This document shows positions 29,512 to 40,911 of a DNA stretch of 64,000 nt, piece by piece. The position numbers and the translations under genes are program-made. This DNA comes from Candidatus Bathyarchaeota archaeon (GTDB lineage Archaea > Thermoproteota > Bathyarchaeia > Bathyarchaeales > Bathycorpusculaceae), in the NCBI GenBank assembly GCA_963717465.1, contig OY970340.1, positions 1,696,001-1,760,000 on the forward strand, read 5' to 3'. Each line of letters begins with the position of its first letter. The first letter of the stretch is position 1. Below the pieces are notes generated by a model. It was not told where the DNA came from and did no database searches. It saw only the letters and a program-made list of their open reading frames with translations.

Positions 29512-29907
29512 TCTCCCTTCCTCAAATTTACCCTTACTAAGATTGCAATAACTCCCTGCCTTAAAGGATTTTTCAGGCCAGATAACGTTGTGTTTTACTT
29601 ATTCTTCTATGGTTTGTGCATTGCTTCATAGGGTATTTTCATTTTTTGGAACCGTTGAAGTCGAAAAAGCAAATATTCCAGGTATTAAATTGCTTTGATA
29701 ACTTTATCAAATTTAGCGTTTTAACGCTTCTTTAGCTTCAATCCAAAGCCTATTCACTCAATTTTGTTGTCAGTAGCTAGAGGAGATACGATAAATCTGC
29801 TTTTTTGTATGTACGTAAGGGGAACGCTATTTTAGCGTAAGTGTTAAATTGTACCTTAGGCAAAAAATAGCAAGTATATAATATAAATAGGAGAGAGGAG
29901 AAACCAA

Positions 29908-32520
29908 ATGTCAAATAGAGCTATATCGAAAACAATGTGGGTAATAATTCTTGTAATAATAATTGTAGTAGCAGCAGCAATAGGATCAATAGCTTACATG
30001 TTAACTAGACCGGCATCACAAATCTCTTTTAATGTGACATCTTTTGCAGCAGCACAAGGGACAGGCATTACTTTCACCGTAACTAGCTTTGCATCGGGTG
30101 GAAACGCAACAATTTACTTTGGAGATGGACAGTCGGCTACTGGTTTAACAGCCAGCTCACCTGCGGTAACCCATACTTACGCAAACCCTGGAAGCTACCT
30201 AGTGTACGTTCAGGAAAATGCTAGCGGCAACCAAATTTCCTCTTCAGCGAGTTCTTTGGAGACCATTTCGATAACGTCAAACATAACTGCTACCAATCCT
30301 ATAGCTCCATACGTATCAGTTCCTGTCATAGCAATGAATTCAACGTTGAATACTAAGGAGCCCATAGTATCTTCCGGTGATACTGCATACTTTTTAGGCG
30401 GATATCTTGAATCACCTTCTGATCCAAGCACCACTATAACGAGTTACACGTGGGACTTTGCCAATGGAGCGGCTAATCAAACAGTAAATGCAGATAGCTC
30501 ATCACTTGACCCAGTAGTAAATCCAGTAAATACGACTTTCTCGGCGGCTGGTCTTTACCCGGTAAGTTTAACTTTAACTACAACTGAAAGTTCACTTAAT
30601 GCTGAAAATTTAACTGTTACGCAAACCTACAATACTACCTATGAGTTTACTGTTGCGGTAAGCACAAGCGCACAACCATACGCATTGTATACCTATGGCA
30701 ATGTGCCTGACCCAGGAGTTATTAGAGTAGCAGAAAACGTCGCTGGAGGTCCATACTCATTTGACCCGCAAGTCGACTACGAAACTGTCGGCTATGAAGT
30801 CATTCTCAATACCATGGCAACTCTGCTAGTGTACAAGGGATCTTCGACAACTGATTTCTTGCCAATGTTAGCTGCATCAGTTCCAACGGTTGGAAACGGT
30901 ATTAACGCTGACAGCACACAATATAACTTTACGATAAGATCAGGTCTAAGTTTCTCAAATGGCGATCCAATCACAGCCTACGACGTCTATTACACTATGA
31001 TTAGAAACCTGCTTTTTGTCGGTGGAACGCCAGGAACACCCGATTGGATACTAGCTCAATACTTAATAAGTGGAGCTACATTGGGAAGCAAAATAGTGGC
31101 AAATGACACTGACACTGTTGATTACAATGCAATATTGAACGCGGTACAATGTGACAATGCAACAAACACGATAACTTTCAACCTTGCTAGTGCTACAAGT
31201 TCAGCGCAGTTCTTTACGGCAATTGCATTTCCGTTAGGCACTGGAGTGCTCGATGCAAAATGGCTTGAAAGTGTCGGCGCAGGCATCACTTTCTCACCAG
31301 CAGGATTCTCTAACTATGAAAACCAAGCTAATGAAGGCAGCTATGTTACGGATGTCCAGAATAGTCCTGTTGCATCGGGTCCTTATGAAATTCAAAGCTA
31401 TGCTTCAGGGCAATCCGTGGTTTTAACACCTAACCCAGGATGGACAGGCGTTACAGGAATACCTGCGGTAAAGAATACAATAGAAATATCATGGGTTAAA
31501 GATCCGGAAACAGCCTACGAAATATACACCAGTGGTCAATCCGACATGCTAACTCTGATTCCGTCAAACTACTTCCCACAACTCAAGGCTCAAGAATCAG
31601 CAGGTCAAACCGATATCTACAGCGTATCATCTCTATCGTGCTTCTTCTATGTCTTTAACGCAAACGTGTCAGTATCTACAATGCAGTCACAGTGGCCAGG
31701 CTCAAGTATGCCCGCGACGTATTTTGCTAATACGCTAGTGCGAGAAGCCTTCGCTTACGCATTTAACTACACTAACTACTTAGACGAAATAGTAGGCAAT
31801 TCTGTCAATGGTGAGAACTTTGGAAGCAACTACACAGGCGCAATCATTAATGGTTTGCCATATTATGTGCCACAAGATGAACTTACAGGCGTGCCTGACT
31901 ATAACTTAACATATGCAACGCAACTCATGGAGCAATCGGGAGAAGCTGGTACAACAGTCAACATACCTATCATTATCCCATCAGGTGACACCGTCAACTA
32001 TGCGGGCGCTCAAATGTATGCAGCCGCGGTTCATCAGATGGACTCTAACATCACTTTGACACCTGTGTATGCACCGTTTTCATCCCAGATAGGTTGGCAA
32101 ACAGAAGACGGCACGAATCCCATGCCAATATACTACTTAGGCTGGATCGCTGATTACCCATACCCAAGTGACTTCGTCAACGCGCTATACGAACAAGGCG
32201 GCACCTACCCAACAGCCTCAGGCTTTGATTCCACATGGCTAAGCACAATAAATGCCACAGAGGGCTCGCAATACGCACAACTTAACAACCTAATAGGTGA
32301 AGCAGACAGTGCAACAAACGCAACATTGGCAGCTCAATACTATAAACAGGCTGAGCAAACTGCAATTAACCTGTACATGTACGTGTACGTTATCCAACCA
32401 AACGCTTTCTGGGTAGTTAAGCCATACATGGCAGGATACAACAGCCAAATTACCTACGAGGAAAACCCAATGATCGGCGGATCTTCTGACTCAATCTTCT
32501 ATTGGTGGGTTAAAGGATAA
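29908..32520 (+). CDS. oppA: Membrane-anchored family 5 (Opp/Dpp) ABC substrate-binding protein with N-terminal PKD domains
   Basis: N-terminal TM; IYFGDG..HTYANPGSY and YTWDF..GLYPVSLT PKD motifs; FSNGDPITAYDV, SGPY, VREAFAYA, GWIADYP. Confidence 0.9.
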   Translation: MSNRAISKTMWVIILVIIIVVAAAIGSIAYMLTRPASQISFNVTSFAAAQGTGITFTVTSFASGGNATIYFGDGQSATGLTASSPAVTHTYANPGSYLVYVQENASGNQISSSASSLETISITSNITATNPIAPYVSVPVIAMNSTLNTKEPIVSSGDTAYFLGGYLESPSDPSTTITSYTWDFANGAANQTVNADSSSLDPVVNPVNTTFSAAGLYPVSLTLTTTESSLNAENLTVTQTYNTTYEFTVAVSTSAQPYALYTYGNVPDPGVIRVAENVAGGPYSFDPQVDYETVGYEVILNTMATLLVYKGSSTTDFLPMLAASVPTVGNGINADSTQYNFTIRSGLSFSNGDPITAYDVYYTMIRNLLFVGGTPGTPDWILAQYLISGATLGSKIVANDTDTVDYNAILNAVQCDNATNTITFNLASATSSAQFFTAIAFPLGTGVLDAKWLESVGAGITFSPAGFSNYENQANEGSYVTDVQNSPVASGPYEIQSYASGQSVVLTPNPGWTGVTGIPAVKNTIEISWVKDPETAYEIYTSGQSDMLTLIPSNYFPQLKAQESAGQTDIYSVSSLSCFFYVFNANVSVSTMQSQWPGSSMPATYFANTLVREAFAYAFNYTNYLDEIVGNSVNGENFGSNYTGAIINGLPYYVPQDELTGVPDYNLTYATQLMEQSGEAGTTVNIPIIIPSGDTVNYAGAQMYAAAVHQMDSNITLTPVYAPFSSQIGWQTEDGTNPMPIYYLGWIADYPYPSDFVNALYEQGGTYPTASGFDSTWLSTINATEGSQYAQLNNLIGEADSATNATLAAQYYKQAEQTAINLYMYVYVIQPNAFWVVKPYMAGYNSQITYEENPMIGGSSDSIFYWWVKG

Positions 32521-32547
32521 GCGCATTCTTGCGCCCATCTTTTTTTT
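32521..32547 (+). terminator. Short hairpin plus T-tract between oppA and oppB
   Basis: GCGCA-TTCT-TGCGC followed by 8 T. Confidence 0.45.
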
Positions 32548-32560
32548 GAGATGAGATTTC

Positions 32561-33616
32561 ATGCGCCTTTGGATTTACATAATAAGACGTTTACTTTTAC
32601 TAATTCCAACTCTAATTGGACTTACTTTCATAGTATTTATCATATCACACGTAAGTGGGAATGGAATCATATTATCAGAATATCTTAGCCCCCGACTAAC
32701 AGGGGCAGCTAGACAAGAAGTCATGCAAAACTTAATAATTCAATTTCACCTCAACCAACCGATATATGTACAATACTTTTACTGGCTCGCTCAAATAGTG
32801 CAAGGCAACTGGGGTTTGACCAACACGCCAATATTTAGCGGCCCAGTTACGACAGCCATTGCACTTTATCTTCCAAACACTATAATGATCTCAGTGTTTG
32901 CTTCCATCCTCATATGGGTGATAGGCGTCCCCTTGGGCGTATTTTCCGCAGTCAACAGGGACTCGCCTGCGGACCACACAATCCGTGTTGGATCCTTCAC
33001 CCTTTATGCCATGCCAATATACCTTATCGCCATAGTTCTTATCATCGTACTAGGAGTCTACACGCATATTCTTCCATTCTCTGGCGTAGTTGACCCAGTC
33101 TCAGTTGCCTCATTCTCATGGTATGTGAATGGAATATCCTATCCAACACACATACTTCTCTTAGATGCTCTTCTACACGGCGCTTGGGCAGTAGCTAGTG
33201 ACGCTTTCTTACATCTTATTCTACCTTCCGTCACGCTAGCACTCGCCATCGTAGCAGGCATGATAAGAATCCTTAGGTCCTCCATGCTTGAAGTTCTTGA
33301 TCAGGATTACATCAGATTAGCAAGATCAAAAGGCGTCTCCGAACGAACTGTAATTAACCTTCACGCCCGAAAGAATGCAATGCTGCCGGTAATTACGCTT
33401 TTTGGCTACACTGTAGCAGGTCTCCTAAGCGGGGCTGTAGTAGTCGAAACCATATTTAATTACCCAGGAATAGGATACTGGACAACCCAAGCTTTGCTCG
33501 CCAACGACGTGGGAGGCATCATGGCTGCTGCGTTGCTTTTCGGTTTAATGTTTTTGTTTGCAAACTTAGTGGTTGATATAGTTTACGCATTCATAGATCC
33601 GAGGATACGGTATTAG
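32561..33616 (+). CDS. oppB: Peptide ABC transporter permease
   Basis: YIIRRLL, DYIRLARSKG EAA loop, VETIFNYPG, DPRIRY. Confidence 0.93.
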   Translation: MRLWIYIIRRLLLLIPTLIGLTFIVFIISHVSGNGIILSEYLSPRLTGAARQEVMQNLIIQFHLNQPIYVQYFYWLAQIVQGNWGLTNTPIFSGPVTTAIALYLPNTIMISVFASILIWVIGVPLGVFSAVNRDSPADHTIRVGSFTLYAMPIYLIAIVLIIVLGVYTHILPFSGVVDPVSVASFSWYVNGISYPTHILLLDALLHGAWAVASDAFLHLILPSVTLALAIVAGMIRILRSSMLEVLDQDYIRLARSKGVSERTVINLHARKNAMLPVITLFGYTVAGLLSGAVVVETIFNYPGIGYWTTQALLANDVGGIMAAALLFGLMFLFANLVVDIVYAFIDPRIRY

Positions 33617-33654
33617 GAGGCGAAAAAGAGACGTCTGAAGTTGAAGATAAAAAA

Positions 33655-34536
33655 GTGCAACTAAAAAGCAGAAGATGGGAAAACACAAAGCTTTCACTCT
33701 CAGTTTTTTATGCAAATAAGGGAGCCGTCGTCGGTCTTGCCATAGTAATGGTATATGTCGTAATTGCAATCATAGATGAAGTTTGTCCACAACTAATTGG
33801 AGTTACCAGCCCTAACGTACTTGTTTCCAACTTTCTTAATCCCACGCCTTTACCGCCATCGTCAGCGCACTGGTTTGGAACAACCTTTCCAGGCATAGAT
33901 TTATTCACCAGCATGCTTGCAGCAATAAGAATTGACCTGTTCTATTCATTATTCGTTGTAGCGATAGGCGCCGCGGTTGGGTCCATCTTAGGGGTTATCT
34001 CTGCTCAAGTAGGTGGCATAATGGATGAAATTGTAATGAGAATAACTGATGTTTTCATGAGCATACCTTTCCTAATACTAGCCTTGGCAATAGGATTTGC
34101 TTTGGGCAGAACGCTGCTTGACATGTCAATTGCACTTGCGATTGGATGGTGGCCACTATACGCCAGGTATACAAGAAGTCAAACTCTTAGCACAAAAGAG
34201 TTCACATACGTAGAAGCGGCAAAGGCATCAGGCGTCGGCCGATTAAAAATCATGTTTAAGCACATTCTCCCAAATGCACTACCGCCAGTGTTCATACAGA
34301 TATCTCTGGATTTGGGCTCAATAATGGTAATTTTCTCTACTCTTGCTTTCATAGGCTTCATCCAAAACGCAACCGTGCCAGAGCTAGGTTACTTATCAAG
34401 TATAGGTCTTAATTACATGCAGACAGCTTGGTGGGCAGTTATTTTCCCTGGTGTTGCTATCACATTGTTTGCTTTAGCCGTCAACATGATGGGCGATGGC
34501 CTGAGAGACGTCTTAGACCCAAGGAGAAGGAGCTAA
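33655..34536 (+). CDS. oppC: Peptide ABC transporter permease
   Basis: HWFGT, YVEAAKASG, HILPN, GDGLRDVLDPR. Confidence 0.93.
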   Translation: MQLKSRRWENTKLSLSVFYANKGAVVGLAIVMVYVVIAIIDEVCPQLIGVTSPNVLVSNFLNPTPLPPSSAHWFGTTFPGIDLFTSMLAAIRIDLFYSLFVVAIGAAVGSILGVISAQVGGIMDEIVMRITDVFMSIPFLILALAIGFALGRTLLDMSIALAIGWWPLYARYTRSQTLSTKEFTYVEAAKASGVGRLKIMFKHILPNALPPVFIQISLDLGSIMVIFSTLAFIGFIQNATVPELGYLSSIGLNYMQTAWWAVIFPGVAITLFALAVNMMGDGLRDVLDPRRRS

Positions 34537-34537
34537 A

Positions 34538-35900
34538 TTGGAATACACACTAAGAGTTTCAGATTTAAGGTTACAGTTCTATACTCAGGCGCGGCATATA
34601 CAAAGCTCTAAACGGTTTAGACATCAATCTTAACCAAGGCGAAATATTAGGCATAGCAGGAGAAAGCGGATGCGGCAAAACAACCCTAGGTTTAGCCATA
34701 ATGGGTCTTCTACCGCCTAACGCTGAAATAACATCTGGCAAAGTAATTTTGCTGGGCGAGAAAGACTTGCTAGCCGCCCGAAGAGCAGCCAATCCAAATC
34801 CGTCGAAGCGATTAAGCGCAAGGCAGCGTGAGGAAATCGTGAAAAAAGTGAACAAAGATTTGGATTCTGTTCGAGGCAGCAGGCTTTCCATGGTATTTCA
34901 AGATCCTATGACAAGTCTTAATCCTGTCCTTCAGATCGGTTTCCAAGTAGCAGAGACGATTATCGTGCATGACCCAGTATCTCTTGCAGAAAGAAAACTT
35001 GCCAGAGCAAAGACAACAAAATCAGATATTGAACAAATTCTTAATCTGCTCAGAGATGGAGCTAACGAAGCAACTATTAATCAATACGCTGAATCGAAAG
35101 GACTGCATGGCATTGAAGACCAAGTTTACAACATTTGGCGAAGGAACGACCTTGAAGAAATTAAGAAAGAGAAGATGATTCTCTCTCTTCACTCAGACAA
35201 GTTGGGTTCACTTGAAAAAACAGTTCTTGAACGAGTTAAAAGTGGAAAAGGCATTGGCGGATGGATGAAAATCCCAGGTATAAACAGAAGGGTTAAGAAA
35301 GTTCTGTTCAAGGAAGGATACATAAAAGCTATTGAACTTCTATCCATACTCGAAGTTCCTAATCCGGATAAAGTAGTTAAGATGTACCCTCATGAATTGT
35401 CAGGTGGCATGAGACAAAGAATAGTAATTGCTATCGCGCTTGCCAACAATCCTGAATTGATAATCTTAGATGAACCGACCAGCGCATTGGACGTTACGGT
35501 GCAAGCTCAAATTCTTGAACTTACAAGGCATCTTAAGCACAAATTCAACACTTCGTTCATATTCATATCCCACGACCTCTCGGTCTTAGCTGAAGTTTGT
35601 GATAGAATCGCAATAATGTACGCTGGCAGAATAGTCGAATTGGCACCCACTGATGCAATATTCAACAGGCCTGTTCACCCCTACACGAGGATGCTTATTA
35701 GAGCTATTCCAACAATCGATGGAACTGAAATCCAAGGCATAGGCGGCGCAGTTCCTGACATGAGAAACGTTCCGCTGGGTTGCTCGTTCCATCCTAGATG
35801 CCCAGATAAAAAGGAGCACTGCACGAACGTAACATCAGAAATGATAGAAGTTGGGTCGGACCATTTTGTCGCCTGCTTCCATAAAGGTGAATCATCATAA
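34538..35900 (+). CDS. oppD: Peptide ABC transporter ATPase with large internal insertion; +1 frameshift near 34586
   Basis: TTG 34538 MEYTLRVSDLRLQFYT / RRGIYKALNG..GESGCGKT; FQDP, LSGGMRQR, LDEPT, C-terminal Cys motif. Confidence 0.92.
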
Positions 35901-37231
35901 TGTTAATCGCTACAAGAAAACTAGTAAAACATTATCCGATAAAAGGCAACAGTGTTTTCGGAAAGCCCCCAATGCTAAAAGCTGTCGACGGCGTCAATTT
36001 GCAGGTGAAAGATGGGGAAGTTGTAGGCATAGTCGGCGAAAGCGGCTCAGGCAAAACTACACTAGGGCGAATGCTTCTAGGTCTTCTAAAGCCAACCTCG
36101 GGTCACGTGCTCTTTGACATACCGGATGACGTCCTAGCACAATATGATGATTATGTTGCAAACAAGGAACTTAAAAAAGCTGAGTTAATCGAAAAAGAAT
36201 ATTCGATTTTAAGTAATAAAAGAGGCAAACAGAAAGAAATTCGGCGGAAGACCAACATTGTGTTTCAAGACCCCTATGCATCATTGGACCCGCGACTAAA
36301 CGTCCTGGATATAATAACCGAACCCATCAAAGCAACCACTCGTATGCGATCAGCTGAAGCTAACAAGAGATGCATGGAGCTTTTAGATGAGGTGAATCTT
36401 CCAAGAGATTTCGCATACAGGTATCCTCATGAACTTTCAGGCGGACAGAGACAAAGAGTTGCCCTCGCCAGGGGAATTGCCACGTTGCCAAAGTTCATCG
36501 TTTTAGATGAGCCGACTAGTGCACTGGATGTTTCTGTTCAAGCTCAAGTATTAGCTCTACTGCGCAGAATACGGCGAGATCACAAAATTGGCATGGTTCT
36601 CATTACCCATAACATAGCTGTAATCTCTTACATGGCAGACCAAGTGAACGTAATGTATGCAGGCAAGATAGTGGAAAGCGGGCTGAAAAAAGACGTAATT
36701 CTAAGCCCAGTTCACCCCTACAATACGGCGCTTATATCTGCGGTTCCAGGAAAAGGGATCAAAGAAAGAAAAGTAATTTTGAAGGGTGATACTCCGAACC
36801 TTGTGGACCCACCACCAGGATGCTCTTTCCACCCTAGGTGCCCACAAGCCTTCAACATGTGCGGCTGGACAGCTGAAGAAATCTCAATCGACCTTAAGCA
36901 TCTCATAGAAAACAAGTATCTTAACATCTTCGACCAAAATATCATCGTCCACCCAACTAATGATGGCAACGTACTAGTCAAAAACACAGCCATGTCTAAA
37001 CTGACGGAACTCATCAACTTGGAACAGCAGAAAACTAAAAGCTTCTCAGCGATAAAGAAAATAACGGAAAAACCTGAAGGCATCGAACTTGAACTTCAAC
37101 ATTTCCCATCGCCAACACTTTATCAGGTTGAAAATAGAGCAGTCGCCTGCCATCTTTACGCACCAACGGAAAAAATCCAAGACCTTATTCACGTACAGAA
37201 GAGCGCTCCAAAAACACCTGCTCCTCGGTAA
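35900..37231 (+). CDS. oppF: Peptide ABC transporter ATPase with C-terminal insertion
   Basis: GESGSGKT, FQDP, LSGGQRQR, LDEPT, GCSFHPRCP..C[insert]VACHL. Confidence 0.93.
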   Translation: MLIATRKLVKHYPIKGNSVFGKPPMLKAVDGVNLQVKDGEVVGIVGESGSGKTTLGRMLLGLLKPTSGHVLFDIPDDVLAQYDDYVANKELKKAELIEKEYSILSNKRGKQKEIRRKTNIVFQDPYASLDPRLNVLDIITEPIKATTRMRSAEANKRCMELLDEVNLPRDFAYRYPHELSGGQRQRVALARGIATLPKFIVLDEPTSALDVSVQAQVLALLRRIRRDHKIGMVLITHNIAVISYMADQVNVMYAGKIVESGLKKDVILSPVHPYNTALISAVPGKGIKERKVILKGDTPNLVDPPPGCSFHPRCPQAFNMCGWTAEEISIDLKHLIENKYLNIFDQNIIVHPTNDGNVLVKNTAMSKLTELINLEQQKTKSFSAIKKITEKPEGIELELQHFPSPTLYQVENRAVACHLYAPTEKIQDLIHVQKSAPKTPAPR

Positions 37232-37538
37232 AGCCGAACTTGCCGTACAACTTTTTGAGTCATCACTTTATGTATTCAGGCGGGAACTTGCAGTTCACTA
37301 GATTAAATTTAATCCTCGAACGATGTAATTGTTAAATTACTTTTTATTTTTATTGGACCAGCCGACAGCTCCCTTAACTTGTGGTTTCATAGCTATATTT
37401 TGCACCCAATTTTGATGCCCAAAATATTGGGGTAAGACAGCGCATGTACGTATGGTTATTTCTCTTTGCTTTCGACATGTTGTGATGACGGAATGAAGTT
37501 TATTAGCGGCTGTTCTTATATCGAATTGGAGAAGGCAA

Positions 37539-37709
37539 ATGGGTTTTAACGCTAAAGACTGGTTTAGCGTATTGAAGAGAGAGATTAAAAGGGAGATTTT
37601 GGAATATTACGACACTGTCTTTTCAAGAAAATCTGGTCCTCCCCTATGTATTGCATTGTGCGTCTTAACAATCATCTCATTTGTAGCTCACATGTTAGGG
37701 ATCGCTTAG
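37539..37709 (+). CDS. Small membrane protein (56 aa; absent from ORF track)
   Basis: MGFNAKDWFSVLKREIKREILEYYDTVFSRKSGPPLCIALCVLTIISFVAHMLGIA; GGAGAAGG RBS. Confidence 0.6.
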   Translation: MGFNAKDWFSVLKREIKREILEYYDTVFSRKSGPPLCIALCVLTIISFVAHMLGIA

Positions 37710-37792
37710 CAGTGTTTTTGCAATTAAGAAAGGCGCATCAAAAGAACTCTTAAAAATAAAAATGGGTGATCGATGCATTTCTTGCTTAATTC

Positions 37793-38092
37793 TTAAGGGA
37801 TGCTTGTATGTTTTCTCTTTGTGACAAACAAGCCCACTGGTACGGCTGCTAGTACGATTACGGCTGCTATGACTGGAAGGTACTGGCCAATTGTAGCTAA
37901 GACTGGTGTCGACGTCGCGGTTGATATGGCAGATGGAATAGAGACTGGTTGCATCGTAACTGGCGTTGTTCCTCTGGGCGCAGGCGCGCTAGGATACATT
38001 GCTTTTGCTTCGTTTATCGCTAATGGCATGATAAAGCCTATCAGCAGAATTGCAAAGACAAGCATCGAAGATGTTTTAGTTCTGATTCTCAT
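37793..38092 (-). CDS. Small exported, C-terminally anchored Pro/Thr-rich protein
   Basis: Signal peptide, P/T/S-rich linker, TM helix followed by KRKH; GAGGGTGA RBS. Confidence 0.7.
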   Translation of the reverse strand: MRIRTKTSSMLVFAILLIGFIMPLAINEAKAMYPSAPAPRGTTPVTMQPVSIPSAISTATSTPVLATIGQYLPVIAAVIVLAAVPVGLFVTKRKHTSIP

Positions 38093-38416
38093 TGTTGTGT
38101 TTCACCCTCGTATATTTTATATTAATACACAATAAACAAGATAACTCGGTGCGGGTATATACACCCTTTGATTTTTAAATCATTATATTAAATCAATTTT
38201 GATGTTGACGCATTATATTGAAAGAATTCAAGTATCAATGCACGAACAAACACACGAGTTTAATACAGTCCTTAACTCACAACGTAAGCGTTCTCCTTTT
38301 TCTTTCGATTCCATTTTGTATTTTTCCGGTAGACACGTGCAGCTCAGCAACTTGCTTTGCATTAGCATTTTTAACCAGTGTTACGAGAGGTTTTGACTCA
38401 ACTCGTCTAAAGTGCA

Positions 38417-38863
38417 CTAGCGTTCTAATAACAACCTTTCAGTGGTAAAACCATACTTGCCGTAAAGTCGTCGTGCTTTCACGTTATTTTCTTGTGTGGA
38501 AACGTGCAACTCTACGATGCCTTTATTATCTGCATTTTTCGTTAATTCTTCGAGAAGCTTTGATCCTACTCCCTTATCTTGATAATTAACTGCAACAAAG
38601 AAGTCAAGTATCAAACCTTGCTTCTCATCTTCCCAAAGTGATGGAAAAACAACGCCGTCAATAAAGCCGACAATAACGGAGTTAATTTCCGCTACTAAAA
38701 GAATAAAATCTTTGTTATCCAAGATTTCTTTAAAAGTAGTTCTTACATGATCCTCATTTCCCTGCCACATTTCATCTCCAAGTTTCGTAGATTGCAACGT
38801 GTTAATTATGCCAACGATATCTTCCTTTGCCGCTTTACGAACAACAATTTTCCCTAATGACAT
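38417..38863 (-). CDS. GNAT family N-acetyltransferase
   Basis: YQDKGVGSKLL, N.KARRLYGKYGF. Confidence 0.9.
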   Translation of the reverse strand: MSLGKIVVRKAAKEDIVGIINTLQSTKLGDEMWQGNEDHVRTTFKEILDNKDFILLVAEINSVIVGFIDGVVFPSLWEDEKQGLILDFFVAVNYQDKGVGSKLLEELTKNADNKGIVELHVSTQENNVKARRLYGKYGFTTERLLLER

Positions 38864-39074
38864 GCAATCACTCTGTCTGCTTCGAAGTGTGCACTATCAA
38901 AATTTAAAAATTTGCACGAATACCAAAACGCTTCACGCATAAGTTTGGGTTTCAGATGCAAATTTTAATTCTTAAAATCCAAAAATTACGAACATACATT
39001 TCTTTTAAATACAATAGGCTTAACGAAACTTCCTTATAATTAATAGCTATAATTGGGCTTACGCGGTTAGGTCA

Positions 39075-39977
39075 ATGATAGGAGAACTCGCTGCTCTTGG
39101 TGCTGCTATCAGTTGGGCGGTAGCGCCGATCCTTTACAGGAAAGCATTGTTTAGCACTAAGCCTGTTTCTGCTAATATCGTACGATGTGCTACTAACGCA
39201 GCTGTATTGATAGCTTTCTTGCTAATTTTAGGTCAAGCAGAGGAATTGTTTGCTTTGCCTATTGACACAATTATTTTGGTCGTTGCTAGTGGCATAATCG
39301 GGTTAGGCATTGGTGACACGTTGTACATGCTTGGTATCAAATATGTTGGCGTTTCACGTGCGGTTCCTATTGCAGCCACTTATCCGCTATTCGGTATTGT
39401 GTGGGCAACTATCCTGTTAGGTCAACCGCTATCCATTACTGCTGTCATCGGAGCTGTCGTGATTATTTTGGGAATTTGGCTGCTAACCAGACAGAACAGC
39501 AATGATGAAAGCTTGAGTTTGGGTAAAACTAATAAAATAAAGTCAATAGGTGTACTTGTGAGCTTAGTAACCGCAGTTATTTGGTCAATAAGCATTGCGC
39601 TGATGGATGATGCAGTATCAAATGTCGTTGGGCTTGGTGCCAACTATGCAATAATAACTTTGAGGATAGCATCCGTCTCCATTTTCTTCATGATTCTTGC
39701 CCCCTTGATTGACAAAGAGCACGGGTTTATGAAGATGAAGAAATCTACGATAGTCAGCCTATGCGCTGGGGGGTTAATTGCGAATGGCGTTGGGTGGTTT
39801 TTGATGAATTACAGTTTCCAAAACCTTGCTTTAGCACAAGCAACCATCATTTCCTCAACATCACCGCTTTTTGCCACGATAGCCGGCTTCATGCTTTTCA
39901 AAGAAAAAATGTCAACAAAAACAATGCTGGGAGCAATAACAATTGTCGCTGGAATTATCCTGATTTTCATCGTGTGA
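39075..39977 (+). CDS. DMT/EamA family transporter
   Basis: GELAALGAAISWA, GDTLY..GVSRA, SPLFA..FKEK. Confidence 0.92.
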   Translation: MIGELAALGAAISWAVAPILYRKALFSTKPVSANIVRCATNAAVLIAFLLILGQAEELFALPIDTIILVVASGIIGLGIGDTLYMLGIKYVGVSRAVPIAATYPLFGIVWATILLGQPLSITAVIGAVVIILGIWLLTRQNSNDESLSLGKTNKIKSIGVLVSLVTAVIWSISIALMDDAVSNVVGLGANYAIITLRIASVSIFFMILAPLIDKEHGFMKMKKSTIVSLCAGGLIANGVGWFLMNYSFQNLALAQATIISSTSPLFATIAGFMLFKEKMSTKTMLGAITIVAGIILIFIV

Positions 39978-40211
39978 AAAAGTTTGTTGTAAAATGCTTC
40001 GAGATAAACTATCTGAACGAAACGACAAAACTTCTGAATTTCCGCGACAAAAGAAAAAAGATGAACCAGAGCATCGAATGACTTGAAACAGTTAATGCAT
40101 GACTCTTCATTTCCTCTATTAATAATCATTCTCTGTAGCTTGAATGCTGTATACACCCCAAATCAGCCTGTTTTCTACAGAAACATTAGACTTTTCCGTG
40201 ATTTTGGTTGG

Positions 40212-40232
40212 TTGGATTAAATTTTAATCCAA
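40212..40232. repeat. Palindrome TTGGATTAAA-T-TTTAATCCAA, member of a dispersed intergenic motif
   Basis: 10-bp arms; related copies at 37301-37314 and 42463-42490, weaker copy near 38945-38985. Confidence 0.6.
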
Positions 40233-40416
40233 AAAAATTGAGCAAAAATGGGAAACAAATCTCTCGGCGTAAACACGATTGATTGAGTTAATGTTGGATT
40301 TAAAAGCTGGAGCTGGAATTAAGCCTGCTTAGATTCAGTTTTAGATGCGTTTTAGCTTTTTTTGGTAAGCTTATTAGGCGCAATTAATCTTTACTTTCCT
40401 TCTGGGGATTGCCAGT

Positions 40417-40911
40417 ATGCAAGCTGCGTTACTCGTTATCGATGTTCAAAACAAGTTTTTCCATGTTAATCAGGTATGCACTGATTCTCTGAACTCTGCG
40501 GTTGAATATATTAATGCTGCAATAGCTCTTTTTCGGCGAAAGGGTTTGCCTGTTTTCGTAATTCAGCACAAAGATGAAGAAGCTAAGATTGTTCCAGGAA
40601 CTGCTGATTTTGAAGTAACCGAGAAACTAAACCTTGACCCTAAGGATCTGCGGGTTACCAAAACATATGGTAACTCTTTTAACAAAACGCCGCTTTTAGA
40701 CCGTTTAAAAGAGCTTAATGTGGGCACAGTTATCATCACAGGCTTTTGCGCGGAGTACTGCGTCATATCCACTTATATTGGGGCTAAAGACTTAGACTTA
40801 AAGCCTATAATTTTAAGAGGTGCAATTGCTTCCGACAACGCCGAACATATTAGATTTGTAGAAGAGATCACTGAAAACGTAACATACGGAGCACTTGAAA
40901 CACTTTTATAG
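40417..40911 (+). CDS. Isochorismatase family cysteine hydrolase
   Basis: ALLVIDVQ, K..NSF, GFCAEYCV (D-K-C triad). Confidence 0.92.
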   Translation: MQAALLVIDVQNKFFHVNQVCTDSLNSAVEYINAAIALFRRKGLPVFVIQHKDEEAKIVPGTADFEVTEKLNLDPKDLRVTKTYGNSFNKTPLLDRLKELNVGTVIITGFCAEYCVISTYIGAKDLDLKPIILRGAIASDNAEHIRFVEEITENVTYGALETLL

